Below, piece by piece: positions 63,021 through 64,000 of a stretch of 64,000 nucleotides of DNA. A program made the translations under genes and the position numbers. The notes under the pieces are model-generated. The model was not told the DNA's origin and searched no databases. It saw nothing but the letters and a program-made list of their open reading frames with translations. This stretch comes from Podarcis tiliguerta (lineage: Eukaryota). The stretch lies in the NCBI GenBank assembly GCA_965153285.1, contig OZ229110.1. One strand, 5' to 3'. Numbering within the stretch: the first letter of the stretch is position 1; every line of letters begins with the position of its first letter.

Positions 63021-63747
63021 GCGCATGTGCTCATGTGTATCTTGTTTCATAAAAACCCAAGTCAGGTTCAAAATCTGAAAAGGAAGAGAAGGACAAGAGT
63101 TATCTCAGCAGCCTTAATTCAGCAATGACTTTACAAGCCAGTGATACCCTGTTGGATTCCCATACCTACCCAGACACACATGTGATTTATAGCTCAGGGA
63201 TGTCATGCTAGACTAGCATAACAAGTAATCCCAGGTTGCCCTGGCCATACGTAGTAATTTTTGAGTAACTAATACATTTTTACCTTGCACTGTAGCCAAC
63301 AAGGCTCTCAAACCAGCTCATAAGATCTGTGGAAATATAGTTCTGTCTTCAGGCTTACAATCTAAGACATGACATACAGGGAAAGTGGGGTGGGGAGGGA
63401 GGAGGGGAAAAAAATGTTCAGGCACCCACAGTTCTTATAATGACCAGCTGCAATGGAGACAACTCAGCAAGCCTGATTGAATGCCTGTGGTGGTGATAGT
63501 TGAGGGGAGGGCGAATGGCAGCCGGTCTCTTAGCAGGGGTGACAGAACAGCCCTGATTTCCTTCTGCTTCTCTGCTCTGTAGCTTGATGGAATGGCTGCC
63601 ACTAGGTGTTTACTATGGAGAGGTCATTTGCAGGTTAGTTGCGTTTGCATGAAACTCTGGCTGGATCCAGACACATCAAAGAAGCGTTTTAGTTAAATGT
63701 GTTGTAAACTTTGTATGAGAAATCGGGTAGGCAAAAACGGAACTCCA

Positions 63748-63766
63748 CAGCGACATCTGGCGTTGC
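63748..63766 (-). promoter_or_regulatory. Candidate CTCF site
   Basis: Minus strand gcaACGCCAGATGTCGCtg vs consensus CCGCCAGATGGCGC; local CpGs retained. Confidence 0.45.
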
Positions 63767-64000
63767 AGTGTTAGAATGCATAAACAAGATGTATAAAGTG
63801 CTTTTTCTTTGCCAGTGTAGCTGAGTCCTCTCTAGCGCAGAATTGTAGAAATAACTACAGTATCCTGCATTTCCACAATCACTTGGAATACAGTAAAGGT
63901 GAATTGAAACCATCTACACTACAGCAGTCCTTTCCCACTCTTTTAGCCCATAGCAACTTCCTGTACAAGCAAAAGAAGAAGAAAAGGTGGTTTAAAGCAA

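Noticed and set aside
38000-64000. CD44 or another second protein-coding gene
   Set aside because: No signal-peptide or Link-domain exon and no promoter-sized CpG island recognised; the synteny remark rests on human knowledge only.

Overview
This is eukaryotic (vertebrate) genomic DNA. The abundant Sauria SINEs, BovB/RTE, CR1 and L2 LINE fragments and small DNA-transposon MITEs point to a squamate, probably a lacertid lizard (inference). Positions 1-~37.9 kb hold the 3' portion of PDHX (pyruvate dehydrogenase E3-binding protein, component X) on the + strand. It has nine GT-AG coding exons that match human exons 3-11 and splice into one uninterrupted frame: lipoyl domain, linker, E3-binding domain, linker, then a non-catalytic inner core. 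The stop codon is at 37225-37227 and a likely ATTAAA poly(A) signal at 37897. Exons 1-2 lie upstream of the window. The remaining ~26 kb is intergenic; CD44 follows PDHX in human, but no CD44 exon is recognisable here. Almost all ORFs in the track are non-coding noise or TE translations. No rRNA, real tRNA or CRISPR was found. The most notable observations are: (1) a CpG-retaining ~520-bp segment where two convergent short ORFs both end inside a perfect 12-bp palindrome that gives AATAAA on both strands; (2) nested TE insertions whose order can be read from target-site duplications; (3) inverted TE pairs around PDHX exons; (4) an LTR-like element with TATA and ISRE motifs antisense to PDHX; (5) candidate enhancer and CTCF islands downstream. 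None of these is proven to be a new system from sequence alone.
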